Notes: generated by a model from the sequence alone, not told the origin. Shown: positions 48,501 through 61,563, counted from the stretch's first letter. The stretch: 64,000 bases of DNA from Azolla caroliniana (GCA_043228905.1 JBHGNT010000017.1:2914001-2978000); one strand, 5' to 3'. Translations and numbers: made by a program.

Positions 48501-50945
48501 TCAGACGGCGAAATGGGATACCGACTTTGGGACCCCGAACGCAGACAAATCGTTCGAAGTTCGGACGTTGTGTTCAACGAGTCAGCTATGAATCCATCAG
48601 TCAAAACACCGATCGAAGTCCGAAGGGTAACATTTTCCGATGTGCCGACCCTTCAAGAAGGCCCCGCTCTTAACACACGGTCAGCTTCACGGGTAGCTGA
48701 ACCTTCCACTACCGACTCGGACAACTCTGACTCGGCACAGCAGAATAATCCGCTTTCGGACCATCCGACCTCGATACCCGATACGACCAGTCCAATCATA
48801 CCTCGACGATCCGAGAGACTGTCGCAACCTCCGGAGAGGTATTCTCCTGGAATTTTCTTCACCGACGCCGGCGAACCGACGTCTTACGAAGAAGCATCGA
48901 CATCTGTCGATTCAGCCACCTGGCATCTGGCGATGGAGTCGGAAATGCACTCCATTCGGGCAAACAAGACTTGGGATCTGGTCGAATTACCTAAGAATCG
49001 ACGTGCTCTTCCTTGCAAGTGGGTTTATCGACTAAAAGAGACGTCTGATTCGACCACCCCAAAGTACAAGGCCAGATTAGTTGCGAAGGGCTTCCGACAA
49101 GAATATGGCGTCGACTTCGACGAGATTTTTTCACCAGTGGTGAAAATGACAACCCTTCGTTTTCTACTCGGCGTAGTGGCAGCCGACAACTTGGAGCTGA
49201 TTCAGCTAGATGTCAAAACAGCCTTCCTCCATGGTGATCTTGAAGAGGAAATTTATATGGAGCAGCCAAAAGGCTTCGTGGCAACTGGCCAAGAACATCT
49301 AGTCTGCCGACTCAGGAAGAGTCTATACGGCCTCAAACAGGCACCGCGACAATGGTACAAGAAGTTCGACGACTTCATCCAATCGATCGGCTTCTCCAAA
49401 AGCGATGAGGACCATTGTCTTTTTACCAACACAGCTCAAGATGGATCACCCATCTTCCTCATCATTTACGTGGACGACATGCTAATTTCTGGACGCCACG
49501 CGGGCGAACTTGCCGATCTCATTCGGCAATTGCGGTTGAAGTTTGCCATGAAGGACCTCGGTCCGGCACGACACATACTTGGCATGAAGATTAGTCGGCA
49601 TCGCGACAAACGACATCTTTTTTTGTCTCAGACCGACTATATCGGACGTGTCTTGGAACGCTTCAACATGCAATCAGCCAAATCGTCTTCAACCCCGCTC
49701 CCCATGAATCTTCGGCTCTCTCAGCGAGACTGCCCGACATCCAGTCCGGAGGGGGAAGATATGAAGTCGGTACCGTATGCACCGGCAGTCGGCTCCCTTA
49801 TGTACCTGATGGTCGCGACACGGCCTGATATCTCTCATGTCGTAGGAGTCGTTAGCAGATTTATGCACAATCCTGGCCGATCGCATTGGAACGCAGTCAA
49901 GCATGTGTTCAAATATCTGGCTGGCACAAAAGACCACGGCATTCTTTTCGGTCCGAACTCGACCTCGGGCGTTGTCGGTTACAGCGACTCAGACTTCGCC
50001 GGCTGTATAGACAGTCGGAAATCAACAACTGGATACTGCTTCAAATTCGGCAATGGAGCAATTTCGTGGAAGTCGAAACTTCAGGAGTGCATAGCGACCT
50101 CAACGACCGAAGCAGAATATGTAGCTGCGTCCGACGCTGCAAAAGAAGCTTTGTGGCTCGGCCGGCTGGCGCACACGTTTCGACAAGTCGACCATGACTC
50201 GGCCCCAGTTGTCTATAGCGACAGTCAAGGTGTTGTTGCCTTGTCGAAAAATCCGGTTCACCACAACGCCTCCAAACATATCGACGTTCGATATCACTTC
50301 GTTCGGGACTGCGTCATTTCAGGGAAAATCGGTCTAGAGAAAATATCCACAACCGACAATGTCGCAGATGGAATGACCAAGTGTCTTTCGGCAGACCGCT
50401 TTCGGTCCCTTCGGCATCAAATGGGCGTAACGACAAACCAGTCCGGTTAGAGCCGGACACAGCGCAGGATGGTTTCAGACAACCGACATCAGTTCCTTAA
50501 TGATCGGCTTCAACTCTTCCGACCCGACCAGTCCGGCCTTCTGCCTTCGGACCCTGCCGACTCGAACAAAACTGATATGTCCGAGAACCTAGGTTTATAC
50601 CTGTAATCTTAGATAACCCATGTATACGCCCATTACGGGGGAGTGTCGAATACAAGTGTATAATGGACGTATTCACACTATCCCTTTGTATAGCTCAAGT
50701 TTGGGCCATTTGTGTAATTAGCATAAATGGTAGTTGCCCTAAGTTTGTCACTATATAAAGTGACCTAGTAACCTTTTTGTAAGGTTGGTTGTATTATTGT
50801 TTCTATTGAATAGAAAGAGTCTTGTGTGCCTCCTCTCTCTCTCTCTCTCTATCTCTGTGCACGATCTTGGAAACTGTCATACGCAGGTACTCAACCCCAA
50901 TCGAATGCTACTTGATCTTCCGCATTGACGGCCTTGTCTTCAACA
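45571..50945 (+). mobile_element. Full-length very young Ty1/copia (302-bp LTRs 45571-45872 and 50644-50945)
   Basis: TSD CACGG both sides; no LTR differences seen; PBS TGGTATCAGAGC 45875; PPT GGGGGAG. Confidence 0.97.
46446..50450 (+). pseudogene. Copia gag-pol, one in-frame TGA at 48348
   Basis: ORFs 46446-48350 and 48513-50450 in the same frame; CNYCKKSGHIKADC, LLDSGAS, RTDNGGE, YVDDML, SDSDF. Confidence 0.93.
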
Positions 50946-51968
50946 CACGGGAGAGGGTTCGGAGTAAACCGCCCTCTCGGCATGAGGAAAAGGACGACCC
51001 GGGACAGGGTCAAGAAGGCGATGAACGCCTACGAAGGATCCTTCACACCGGTTCTAGAGACTTTGGTAGTCGGCAACGCGGTCGACGTAAGACCAAGATA
51101 CTGACGGTGGCGGCGAGGTGACGAAGGCAAGGGCTACGGATGGGCGGTCTATGAAGGATCCTTCACACCGGTTCTAGAGACTTCAGCAGTCAGCAACGCG
51201 GTCGACGTAAGACCAAGATACTGACGGTGGCGGCGAGGTGACGAAGACAATGGGCGTAAGGAAGTCCGGTCCTATGGGATCCCCACACCGGTTCCGGAGA
51301 CTCCGGCTGTTCTGCCATCGTGGCAACGTAAGATCGAGGGGAGAAGGACGGTGGCGGCGGGAAACGGGACCCGGCTACGCGGAAGACACGAGGAGAGTCT
51401 GGGAGGGACTCAAACAAAGGACACCCGAATTTCGGCAAGCATAGAAACGGAGTCCGGTCCTATGGGACCCTCACACCGATCCAGAGGCTCCGGCAGTTCG
51501 GCCAACGTGGCAATGTGAGACCGAGGGAGAAGGACGTTGGCGGCAGGGAACGGGACCCGACGACACGAGGTTTAGGAAGAAGCTGGTAAGGGCAAACACG
51601 GAGAGGTGTGTCAGGCCGGAGAGGCACACCTTGGACAGAACAAGAGTCTCGCAAGTGGCCATCGCGGGCCGGATTGAAGCGTGACTACGGGACAGTGTTC
51701 GGCACGGGCGGTGTCGAACAAAGGAAGCGGAAGACAGCACAAGGGAGGTGCCGGGAACAACGTGACAAGTGCCTAGTGGACTGCACAGGGTCGGAGTCAG
51801 GGGATGGCAAGAGAGGCCGAAGGAGGATCCTCCACACTCGCTTCGTAGATCCCGGTAGCTTCGTCGAAGTAACGAAGAATGACACGGCAAGCCGGGATGA
51901 GAAGCTGGTGGGGGCGAGTGAACGACGGCAAGCGGAAGACTCAGGACCTATTGCTGCAGCGCGAAGAC

Positions 51969-54700
51969 GTGGAGTCTCAAACCAATTCCGGTGCCAAGAG
52001 CTCACATCCCGAAGTTGATGGAGCTTCTGAAGCAAAAGGTGGAGATGGGCATCCTCGAACCGTTGAGTGTCCCGTATTCAAATCGGTGGTTTACAGTGCC
52101 TACAACCGGTCAGCAAGGTGACCATCTGTAACGTAGGAATCGGACCGACCATAGACGAGTTCGTGGAGGCCTCCACCGGAAGGTCGATTTACTCTGTCGG
52201 TGATCTGTACTAGGGGTACGATCAGTTCCAACTAGCCGTGGAGAGTAGAGACATTACGACGATGCGGACTCCTCTCGGGCTAGCGCGGATGTGTACCCTA
52301 CCACAAGGAGGGACAAACTCGGTGGCTCACATGGTGAACGCGATGAACAAAGTGCTCAGGGATTGTATCCCGGACATCACCATGCCATTCTTAGACGACA
52401 TCCCGATAAGGGGATGCCCGGTGGAGGAAAAGGACGAGACAATCGGATCGGACGGATGTCGGAATTTCGTGGCGACTCACATCGATGACTGCGAGAAGGT
52501 GCTGCAGAGACTAGAAGGCGTGAGGCTCACCTTCTCCGGGGAAAAATCGGCCTTCGGGCAATCAGAGATCATGGTCGTCGGGCACCTATGCGGACCATAC
52601 GGTCCGAAACCGACTCCGGCCAAGGTGGAAGCCATCTCCGTGACGAAGCATGACTGCAATTCGGTTACGGAGGTTCGGAGATTCTTGGGAGCATGCGCGT
52701 TCTACCATATCTGGATCCCGCATTACGCCCACGTCGCGGAGCCGTTGTATGGGTTGCTGAAGAAAGGGTGTAAATTCGAGTGGGGAAACGAGCATACGGA
52801 GTCAGTACGAAAGATGAAGGAAGCACTTGCCACGACACCGGTGCTCCGAAATGTTGTCTACGGCAAAGACACTTCGATTTACGTAATTGTAGACACGAGT
52901 CCAACCGGGATCGGATGGGTGATCAACCAAGAGGATGATGTTGGCACGAGGTTCCCCATCCGGTTCGACGCGAAGGTCCTCAGTGAGCGACAACGAGGAT
53001 ACGCCCAGGTTAAATGCGAACTCTGGGGTATCGTTTCGGCGATGGAGGCCGATAAAGACTACCTCATCGGGACAGAGGTAATAATCGAGACGGACTGCCT
53101 GCCAATTCTCGGCATGGTTTCCGGATGCGCAACGTCGGACCTGGCAATGCTCAGGTAGATAGTGTACATCAAGTCCCTGAATCCGGAGATACGACACATT
53201 TCTGGAAAAGACAATGCCATGGCTGACATGCTCTCAAGGGCGAGGTTCGAAAATGAGGACGGCATGGTTTCGGAGGACGAGGAAGTCAGCGTAGATTTCT
53301 TCGAGGCGGCACACGTGACAACCAGAAAGGGGAGCACTCCGGCGTTTAACGAATTCGACGAGAGCAAGTACGACGGGGAGTGGCTCCAGATCGGAGGGCT
53401 CCTGAAAACAATGACACCGGACGCGGTGTGGACAAAGGAAGAGACCAACCGGATCCGGAAGAAAGTGTACCGATTCTTCCTCCGGGATGGGTACATATGG
53501 AAGCACCCGAAGAAGAGAAACGACGTTCCGCTCCGGGTAGTGGCAAAGAAAAAAGAACAGGAGGACCTACTGGCGGCATTTCACGAGAGTCCTTGGGCTG
53601 GGCACCGCAGAACGTGGGCCACGTTCGAGAAGGTGAAGGAGAAGTATTGGTGGCCAGGGCTATACCAGGACGTGCATCGATTCGTAACGACTTGCAAAAG
53701 CTGTCAGATGCACTCCGTAGTCCGACATCGGGACGAGCTACACCCGACTTACCCGCCTGCAGTCCATTTCAAGTGGATGGTGGACTTGGTGATGATGCCG
53801 ATGGGAGTAGGACAGATGCGGTACTTGGTGCTTGCGCGGGAAGACTTAACGAACCAGGTGGAAGGACGTGCACTGTATAACAAGACAGCCGCGGCGGTAT
53901 GCCGGTTCCTAATCGAAGAGGTGGTGTGTCGGTACGGGTGCGTCGAGAGGATCGTGACGGACCAGGGAGAGCTGGATGCGCGGGAAGCTAAGGAGCTGTT
54001 CGACCGGCTAGGGGTAAAACTCTCCCTGATAACGGCGTACAATTATGAGGCGAACGGGAAGGTAGAATGTGGACACGGGCCGATCGTAAAGGCGCTGGTG
54101 CGTGCATGCGGCGAGCAAGTCGGGAATTGGCCGCAGCTCCTTCCTTACGCACTATGTGCGGACAGAACTACGCCCAGTTCGGTGACAAGGTTCATGCCGG
54201 CAGAGCTGATGTACGGACAGAAGCCGATCATGCCGATGGAACGGACGGTTCCTTCGTGGGCGACAGTAGATTGGAAGGATGAGATGAGCCGGGAGGAGTT
54301 GTTGGCGGCGCAGATTCGGCAACTCGAGCGGAGGCCGGAGGATGTGGAAAGGGCGAAAGAAAAGTTGCGGGCGGCAAGGGAGCGTAACAAGACCCGGTTC
54401 GAGGAATGCGACTGGGTCCTAGTGTATGACAACAGCCTCGACAACCAGCACAGGGCAACGCGGAAGTTTGCACGGAGGTGGTTCGGGCCTTACGTGGTGG
54501 CAAGCGCCAACGACAACGGGACCTACCATCTTGCGAAGCTCGACGGTACGAGGATGGCAATACCGGTAGCGGGGAACAGGGTCAAAGCGTTTAAGAAACG
54601 ACACAAGTACGAGCCGGATCTGGAAAGCTTGGACGACGATGAAGGGCAGTCCGAGACGGATGACGAACCGGAAGACGAGGAGAAAAGCATGGACCGGTTT
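51969..54700 (+). pseudogene. Gypsy pol (RT, RNase H, integrase with GPY motif), disrupted
   Basis: PFLDDIPIRG, IVDTS, HESPWAGH..CKSC, RWFGPYVV. Confidence 0.92.
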
Positions 54701-54972
54701 TCTCCAGCAAAAGCCCAATTTTGGCACATATCGGTGGATGTGTGGTTAGGTGGGGACCGGCGCAGACGGTGTCATGAAGAAAACTGTCCCTAGGCGGAAA
54801 CCGAGTTTAGCATGTGTAAACCGGCCCTTGCACGCGAGCGCACTTTTCGTTGTATAGTAAGTAGGTAGGTACAAGTCGGCTGAGGTGAAATCCGAGGTAG
54901 CACGCATTCAATAGGGAGAGAATCGAATTGTATCTCTGTCCGAAAGGACAGAGAATTAATATGATGTAACGA

Positions 54973-55476
54973 TGTCATGAAGATTTTCGTCCACAAGCGA
55001 AAACCGGGGAACATTGGCTACATCGGCGGGGTGCAGCGTGTGTACGCACCCGTGTACATTTAGTGTGAATATCGAGGGCGCCTTTATGGCACCGAAGAGT
55101 AGTCAAGTCGGGACAGACGATCCCATGAAAGTCGGGATTTGTCCCACATTGTAATGCGTCCCTCTCCTTGTTCTATAAAAGGGAGGGAACACCCTTTGTA
55201 AAAGGGTTGCCCATTTTTTATTAGAGGGTATACCGGTAGGGTTAGGGTTAGGGTTCTTCTGCTTCTTCTTCTTCCCCTTCGTGTTTGTTTAGGGTTGGAT
55301 GTAGCTTATCTCCTGTGCAAGACCCCGCTCGGCGCGACGAGCCTGAGAGCTCCCCGACGACGGCTTGACAGCAGACGACTGTTGTAAATTATATATATAC
55401 ATATACGTTTGCGTCTGTCTGTGTATATCGGCGTCTTGTTGGTGTCAGGTGCTCCCCTCTTTCCCTGTGTTTCCTG

Positions 55477-55510
<34 letters not shown>

Positions 55511-55525
55511 CGCGTGAGTCGGTGT

Positions 55526-55565
<40 letters not shown>

Positions 55566-58500
55566 TCGGTTGCTTCCGGTGTGTTTCTGAGATGCACCAG
55601 AAGCAGTGAAGCACGACGTCTTACGCTCCATCCCTCTCTAGTCCAAGACCCCTGTGGTCCCGCCTTTTTCCACGCACGCGCGTAATAACGCAACATCTTT
55701 GGTGAACCCGACGTGAAAGGCGGCAAGGGAGGATGGAGTCGGAAGACGACGACCTTGTGGAGATGGTGGCCGAAGTGGTGTTGGAGTCGGCACGAGTGGT
55801 GATGAGGCGAGAAGCAGCACAACAAGCGGTTGGGCGAGTGGTCGAAAGAGTCGGCCGTTTCAACGGGGACAAAGTCCCATCTTACTTGGAAGCCTACAAC
55901 GCGGAAATGGAAGAGCGTGGCGTAGACGAGGCGTTGAGGCTGGAGTTCTTCTGCCGGGTCGTAGCTGTCCGGATGCATGCGGAAGTAATGGAGCTTCGTG
56001 AGGCTCGTGGTTCATGGGAGGCCTTCGAAGAGGCACTCCTGAAGGCATACGTAGGACGGCGGAAGAGCCGGGGATGGCACCACTTCGACCAGAAGGGTAG
56101 CATCGGCAAAGACCCACCGGGTTGCGATGAAGGCGTTCCGGGAGTTCGAGCGACGACTTGCTCGGCTCCCAAAGCGGGAACAAGGTTTGGTGGGGGCGGA
56201 CAAAGTCCTTTTGTTCGTCAGGTCGATCGACCGAGCGGAACGGGAAGCCATCGGGATTGAGCTCGAAGACGATGATGGAGCGAATGGGCTTACGGAGGAC
56301 TGGTCGAAGGTCGGAAGGGTGTGCCAAAGGCTAGACAACGAGCAAGCCGAGAAGGCTAAGAGGAAGGTACGCGACGGCGTGCCATCACAACGGGAAGAGG
56401 CCGAACGACAAAGAGAGTCGGCAAGGGTCGGCGTAGGGGCCAAGATTGCGGAGGCGTACGCAGCTCTCAAAGCGATGCTCGAGGAAGAGGGGAAAATCGA
56501 AGCCGAAGAAGGGCTTATTAAGGAGTCGGGCCGGAGGTGATCGGAGGATGAGGAGGCCGGAAGAGAATGGTACGACAGTACCACGGGAGGGGGTGCGGGA
56601 CGAGTCACCCTCTCGACATGCAGAGAAAGATCGACCAAGGATGCGGCCGAGATACAGATCGCGGAACCAGAACGTTGGAACCAGCGGTTTCGGGCGTGTC
56701 AGCCCGAGATCCCGGTCATTGGAGAATCAAGCCCAGACGGGGCTTGCGCGATCGGTAAGAAGACGACCGCCGACCACAAAGAGTCGGTGGCTACGGACAA
56801 GGGCATAAAACGGACGGGTGATTCTTTGTGTCTTCCCACACTTGCTCCCAAGACGATGGCAGTCGGGCCCGAGTACCCACGTGAGTCCCAAGCGGAGGAA
56901 GGCGGCGGCAGAGGGCCAAGAATCACCGGCGAGACGATACGGGGAAGGAGCGGACCAAAGCCCGCGGACCCGATTCCGGAGAACTCGGCATTCGGGCCCG
57001 TATGCCCATGTAAGACCAAGGAGATGGATGGCGGTACCAAGGAGTCCTGGCACGATGCCAGCGAAGTCGGATGGGAAACGGCCTGCGAGGAGGCCGAGGG
57101 CGGACGCGGCACGAGGCGATTGGCATTCCGATACGGGTGAAGTGTGATCCGGTCGTGGATCGTTTGATCGGGGCCCGATTCGGCATGAAGGGGCCGATAC
57201 GGAAGGGGGGTGCGGGACTAGCCGCCCTCTTTTACATGGGGAGAAAGACCGACCGGGCGAAGGTCAAGATTTGGAAAGAGAATGAAGTCGGTCCTATGGG
57301 ATTCCTTACACCGATCCGGCTGCAGGCCTGAGTGCCGGCGTAAGTCCTATAAGAGAGATCGATGGCGACAGGAGAACGGGACTCGGCAATCCAGAGAAGG
57401 ACGAACAGACCCGGACGAGAACCGGGTAGAGCGGACTCCCGGATGACCATTCTGGGAGGGAGGAAGAGAGCAGGCCTACGAAGAGGCCGAGGACACGGTA
57501 CGTCGGTACCACAGGAGAGGGTGCGGAGTAAACCGCCCTCTCGGCATGCGGAAAAAGACGACCCGGGACAGGGTCGGGAATACAAATGGGCGGCCTACGG
57601 AGGATCCTCCACACCGGTTCTAGAGACTTCGGCAATCGACAACGCGGTCGACGTAAGACCAAGATACTAACGGTGGCGGCGAGGTGACGAAGGCAAGGGC
57701 TACAAATCGGGCGGTCTACGGGGGATCCTTCACACCGGGTCTAGAGACTTCAATAGTCAGCAACGCGGTCGACGTAAGACCAAGATACTGACGGTGGCGG
57801 CAAGGTGACGAAGACAATGGGCGTAAGGAAGTCAGGTCCTATGGGACCCTCACACTGATCCGGAGGCCCCGGCAGTTCGGCCAACGTGGCGACGTCAGAC
57901 CGAGGGGAGAAGGACGGTGGTGGCAGGGAACGGGACCCGACGACACGAAGTTTGGAAGAAGCCGGTAAGGGCAAACACGGAGAGGTGTGTCAGGCCAGAA
58001 AGGCACACCTTGGGCAGAACAAGAGTCTTGCAAGTGGCCATCGCGGGCCGGATCAAAGCGTGACTACGGGACGGTGTTCGGCGTGGGCGGGGCCGAACGA
58101 AGGAAGCGGAAGACGGCACAAGGGAGGTGCCGGGAACGAGGTGACAAGTGCCTAGTGGACTGCACAGGGTCGGAGTCAGGGGATGGCAAGAGAGGCCGGA
58201 GGAGGATCCTCCACACTCGCTTCGTAGATCTCGATAGCTCCGTCGAAGTAGCGAAGGCTGACACGGCAAGCCGGGATGACAAGCTGGTGGGGGCGAGGGG
58301 ACGACGGCAAACGAAAGACTCAGGACCTATTGCAGTAGCACGAAGACGGGAAGGGCCAAGCGGGATACTACGTGGTGTTCCTCGGATGCAAAGGACACCG
58401 GTATGCCGGAGAACAACGGAGTACACACCGGGAAGAGAAAGCGTGGCGGCTTCCCGAAGGGCATACAAGGCCAAGCGGGCCAAGAGGGTGCAAGACGAGG

Positions 58501-59727
58501 CGAGGCGATAACGAGAGCCTCGAGGGACACCGACACGGAGGTCGGGATGACGATACGCTCTACTACGAGAGAGCACGGTGAAAAAGGGGAAAGCGAAAAA
58601 CGCGTGATGGGGTCATCGAAGGACCGAAGCACAAGCACGCATTCGGAGGGCAACATCGACATATGGGAAAAGCCTACGGAAGGCAAGCGCGGAGCGGAGA
58701 GAGTCGGCACGCCGAGGTGTGCGGCATGCAAAGGGCGGAATCCGGCATGCGACCAGGAGCGCATCCGGAGGATATACGAGGCGGACAAAGGAAGAGCATC
58801 CAGGTCGGCGACGGCGTTCGGGAGGACCGAACGAGGAGAAAAGCACGGGCATCGGATACGGCGGGTCGGATGTAGTCGGTGGTTCAAGGACCCACGGTGA
58901 ACGTGGCGGATCGGGTGGAGGCAACGACTCGGCGAACATCGTCAACTGTGGCGGATCGGATGGCGCCGACGGTTCGAGACCATTCGGCGGGGATGGTGGG
59001 CCGGGAGGCGGCGGTGGTTCGTGTGGACGGGGTGGTCTTGCTCGAAGTGGAAGACAAAGTCGGGCGGGCCCACGAGGACGCTAAGGACTCGGTCGGTCGT
59101 CGTGGCCGAAAATCTCGTGTTCTCTCCCAAATGTTTTGGCACATACCGGAGGATGTGCGGTTAGGTGCGGGCGGATGTCGTGAAGATTTTCGTCCACAAG
59201 CGGAAACTGGGGAACATTGGCTACATCAGCGGGGTGCAGCGTGTGTACGCACCCGTGTACATTTAGTGTGAATATCGAGGGCGCCTTTATGGCACCGAAG
59301 AGTAGTCAAGTCGGGACAGACGATCCCATGAAAGTCGGGATTTGTCCCACATTGTAACGCGTCCCTCTCCTTGTTCTATAAAAGGGAGGGAACGCCCTTT
59401 GTAAAAGGGTTGCCCATTTTTTATTAGAGGGTATACCGGTAGGTTTAGGGTTAGGGTTCTTCTGCTTCTTCTTCTTCCCCTTCGTGTTCGTTTAGGGTTG
59501 GCTGCAGCTTATCTCCTGTGCAAGACCCCGCTCGACGCGACGAGCCCGAGAGCTCCCCGATGGCGGCTTGACAGCAGACGACATTTGTAAACTATCTTGG
59601 TCCGGCTCGAAGCCGGGAGTGTATTCTTCTTATATATATATATATACATATACGTTTGCGTCTATCTGTGTATATCGGCGTCTTGTTGGTGTCGGGTGCT
59701 CCCCTCTTTCCCTGCGTTTCATGTACA

Positions 59728-59761
<34 letters not shown>

Positions 59762-59932
59762 AGTCGGTGTTAAGCTCTCTCTCTCTCTCTCTCTCTCTCC
59801 CTTCGGTTGCTTCCGGTGTGTTTCTGAGATGCCCCAGAAGCAGTGAAGCACGACGTCTTACGCTCCATCCCTCTCTAGTCCAAGACCCTTGTGGTCCCGC
59901 CTTTCTCCACGCACGCGCGTAATAACGCGACA
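54973..59932 (+). mobile_element. Complete non-autonomous gag-only LTR element (LTRs 54973-55695, 59176-59932; PBS 55700-55717)
   Basis: Paired LTRs, flanks ACGA/ACGG, frameshifted gag 55733-57140, no pol motifs. Confidence 0.92.
55733..57140 (+). pseudogene. Frameshifted capsid-only gag
   Basis: ORFs 55733-56260, 56127-56540, 56787-57140 match consecutive parts of 43828-45246. Confidence 0.85.
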
Positions 59933-61563
59933 ACGGGTGATAACGGCCTCCCTCCTTGGGCTATAAAAGAGAGGGAGAGGAATGAAAAAGATATTGCGCG
60001 TTAGAGAGGACAAAGTGCTGCCGAGCCCTTCTTCTCTGCCACTCTCCATAGCCATTTTTGTGCAGGCTTTCGGGAGGTTGACTCTGCTCCGCGGAACGCC
60101 CGTGTGCTTCCGGCAGAGACTCCATCTCGCTCTTTTGTGTGGGTGTGTGAACAGGCGTCGGTGTCCGCCTTGCCGGCCTGTTAGTTGTAACCGTCTTGAT
60201 ATATATATACATTTATATACATACGTGTTCATATACTCGGACTTCGAGTCGTCTCGTTTGTTGTGTTGTTGGACTGATTTCTGTGTGCTCCCGTGTTAGC
60301 GCGTGTGCAAGTGCGTCTGTTGCCTTTCCGTTCTCCTCCTTCTCAGCTATTTCTCGATCCAAGGCCCCGGTGGTCCCGCCTCGTTCTCCATGCACGCGCT
60401 TAACAACGCGACAACGGCTACATTCGGCGGATGCCGATATTACGTACTCTTCATCGATGACTTCTTTAGGCACACTTGGGTCAACCCGATGCGGCAAAAG
60501 AGCAAAGTGTTTGGACACTTCCAAAAATTCAAGAATGAAGTCGAGAAAGCCACGGGCCGACATTACGATGCCTTCGATCGGATGGTGGCAAGGAGTACTT
60601 CTCGGACGATTTCACAACTTATCTCCGAAAGGAAGGAATTCGGCGAGAATTCACTTGCCGACACACTCCGCAACAAAACGGAGTAGCCGAGCGCAAAAAT
60701 CGGCACATCCTCGAAGTGGCGCAGGCCATGATGAACGAGAAGCATATGCCCAAGTCATATTGGGCCGAAGCTGCAAATACGGCCGTCTACCTAATGAACC
60801 GGTGCACAACATCCGGAGTGCACGAGGTCACTCCGCACGAAAAATACTTCAGAAAGAAGCCAGATTGATCGCACACCCGGATATTCGGCGCGATAGCATA
60901 CGTGCACATCCCCGACGAGAAGCGTTAAAAGCTTGACCCGAAGTCAAAGAAATGTATCCTCGTAGGATACTCACTGGAGCAAAAGGGGTACAAGTGCTAC
61001 AACCCCTTAACTCGAAAATCTCGAGTAAGTCGAGACGTTGTTTTTGATGAGTCCGCATCCTGGTACGCACCAGAGACAACTCCGACTCCGCTCGACCCGG
61101 AATCCGTTGAACAAGAGATAGAGGATGAAGATCGCCTTACGCGCATGTTCGAAGAAAGTCCGATCACGACCCGACTGAGCGGACCACAAGAGCCTTTGAG
61201 CAATGAAATCAAATCACGGCCTAGCCCGAAGATGGACAAAGGCAAGGCAAAAATGTTAGAATACGAAGACGATCGCTTCAACGACGATGAGTCGACTCAT
61301 TCACTCGACAGTGAGTTTGGCGGCTTCGATGTACCAATTGGAGCTAAGAAAGCCCTCATCTCTGCAAATGAAAAGCTCTGTTGCTCCACCCGTGAAAAGA
61401 ACCCCGTAAGTTGATTCGGCTACAACGAATATATGGCGTACCATTACGCCTTTCTGATGAAGGTAGCAACAGTACGGGAGCCGGAAACCTTTTCCGAAGC
61501 CGCGAAGGACCCGCAATGGATCGAAGCAATGAACGAGGAGATGCAGGCACTACAGAAGAACGA

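Larger units (their letters stand above)
43022..51968 (+). mobile_element. Non-autonomous gag-only gypsy-type element, 3'-deleted (LTR 43022-43784, PBS 43789-43806)
   Basis: Collinear with 54973-58350; left flank ACGT; fused to host pol near 51968. Confidence 0.85.
42529..60413 (+). mobile_element. Gypsy element (5' LTR 42529-43021 truncated; pol ~51969-54700; 3' LTR 54770-54972 + 59933-60413) with nested elements
   Basis: TSD ACGG at 42525 and 60414 within copia C integrase; matching LTRs. Confidence 0.88.
30957..61563 (+). mobile_element. Copia 'C' scattered by nested insertions: LTR 30957-31346, PBS 31347-31358, coding pieces 31509-31683, 39890-40222, 41458-42528, 60418-61563
   Basis: Pieces are collinear with same-family copia E and rejoin across TSDs ACGC and ACGG. 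Confidence 0.88.

Noticed and set aside
55237-55255. Interstitial telomere
   Set aside because: Only about three units and an integral part of each LTR copy.
58064-59271. Several 100-190 aa ORFs (env-like or antisense gene) in the gag-only element
   Set aside because: GC-rich overlapping ORFs on both strands with no recognisable motif or TM segment, and no second copy here to test conservation.
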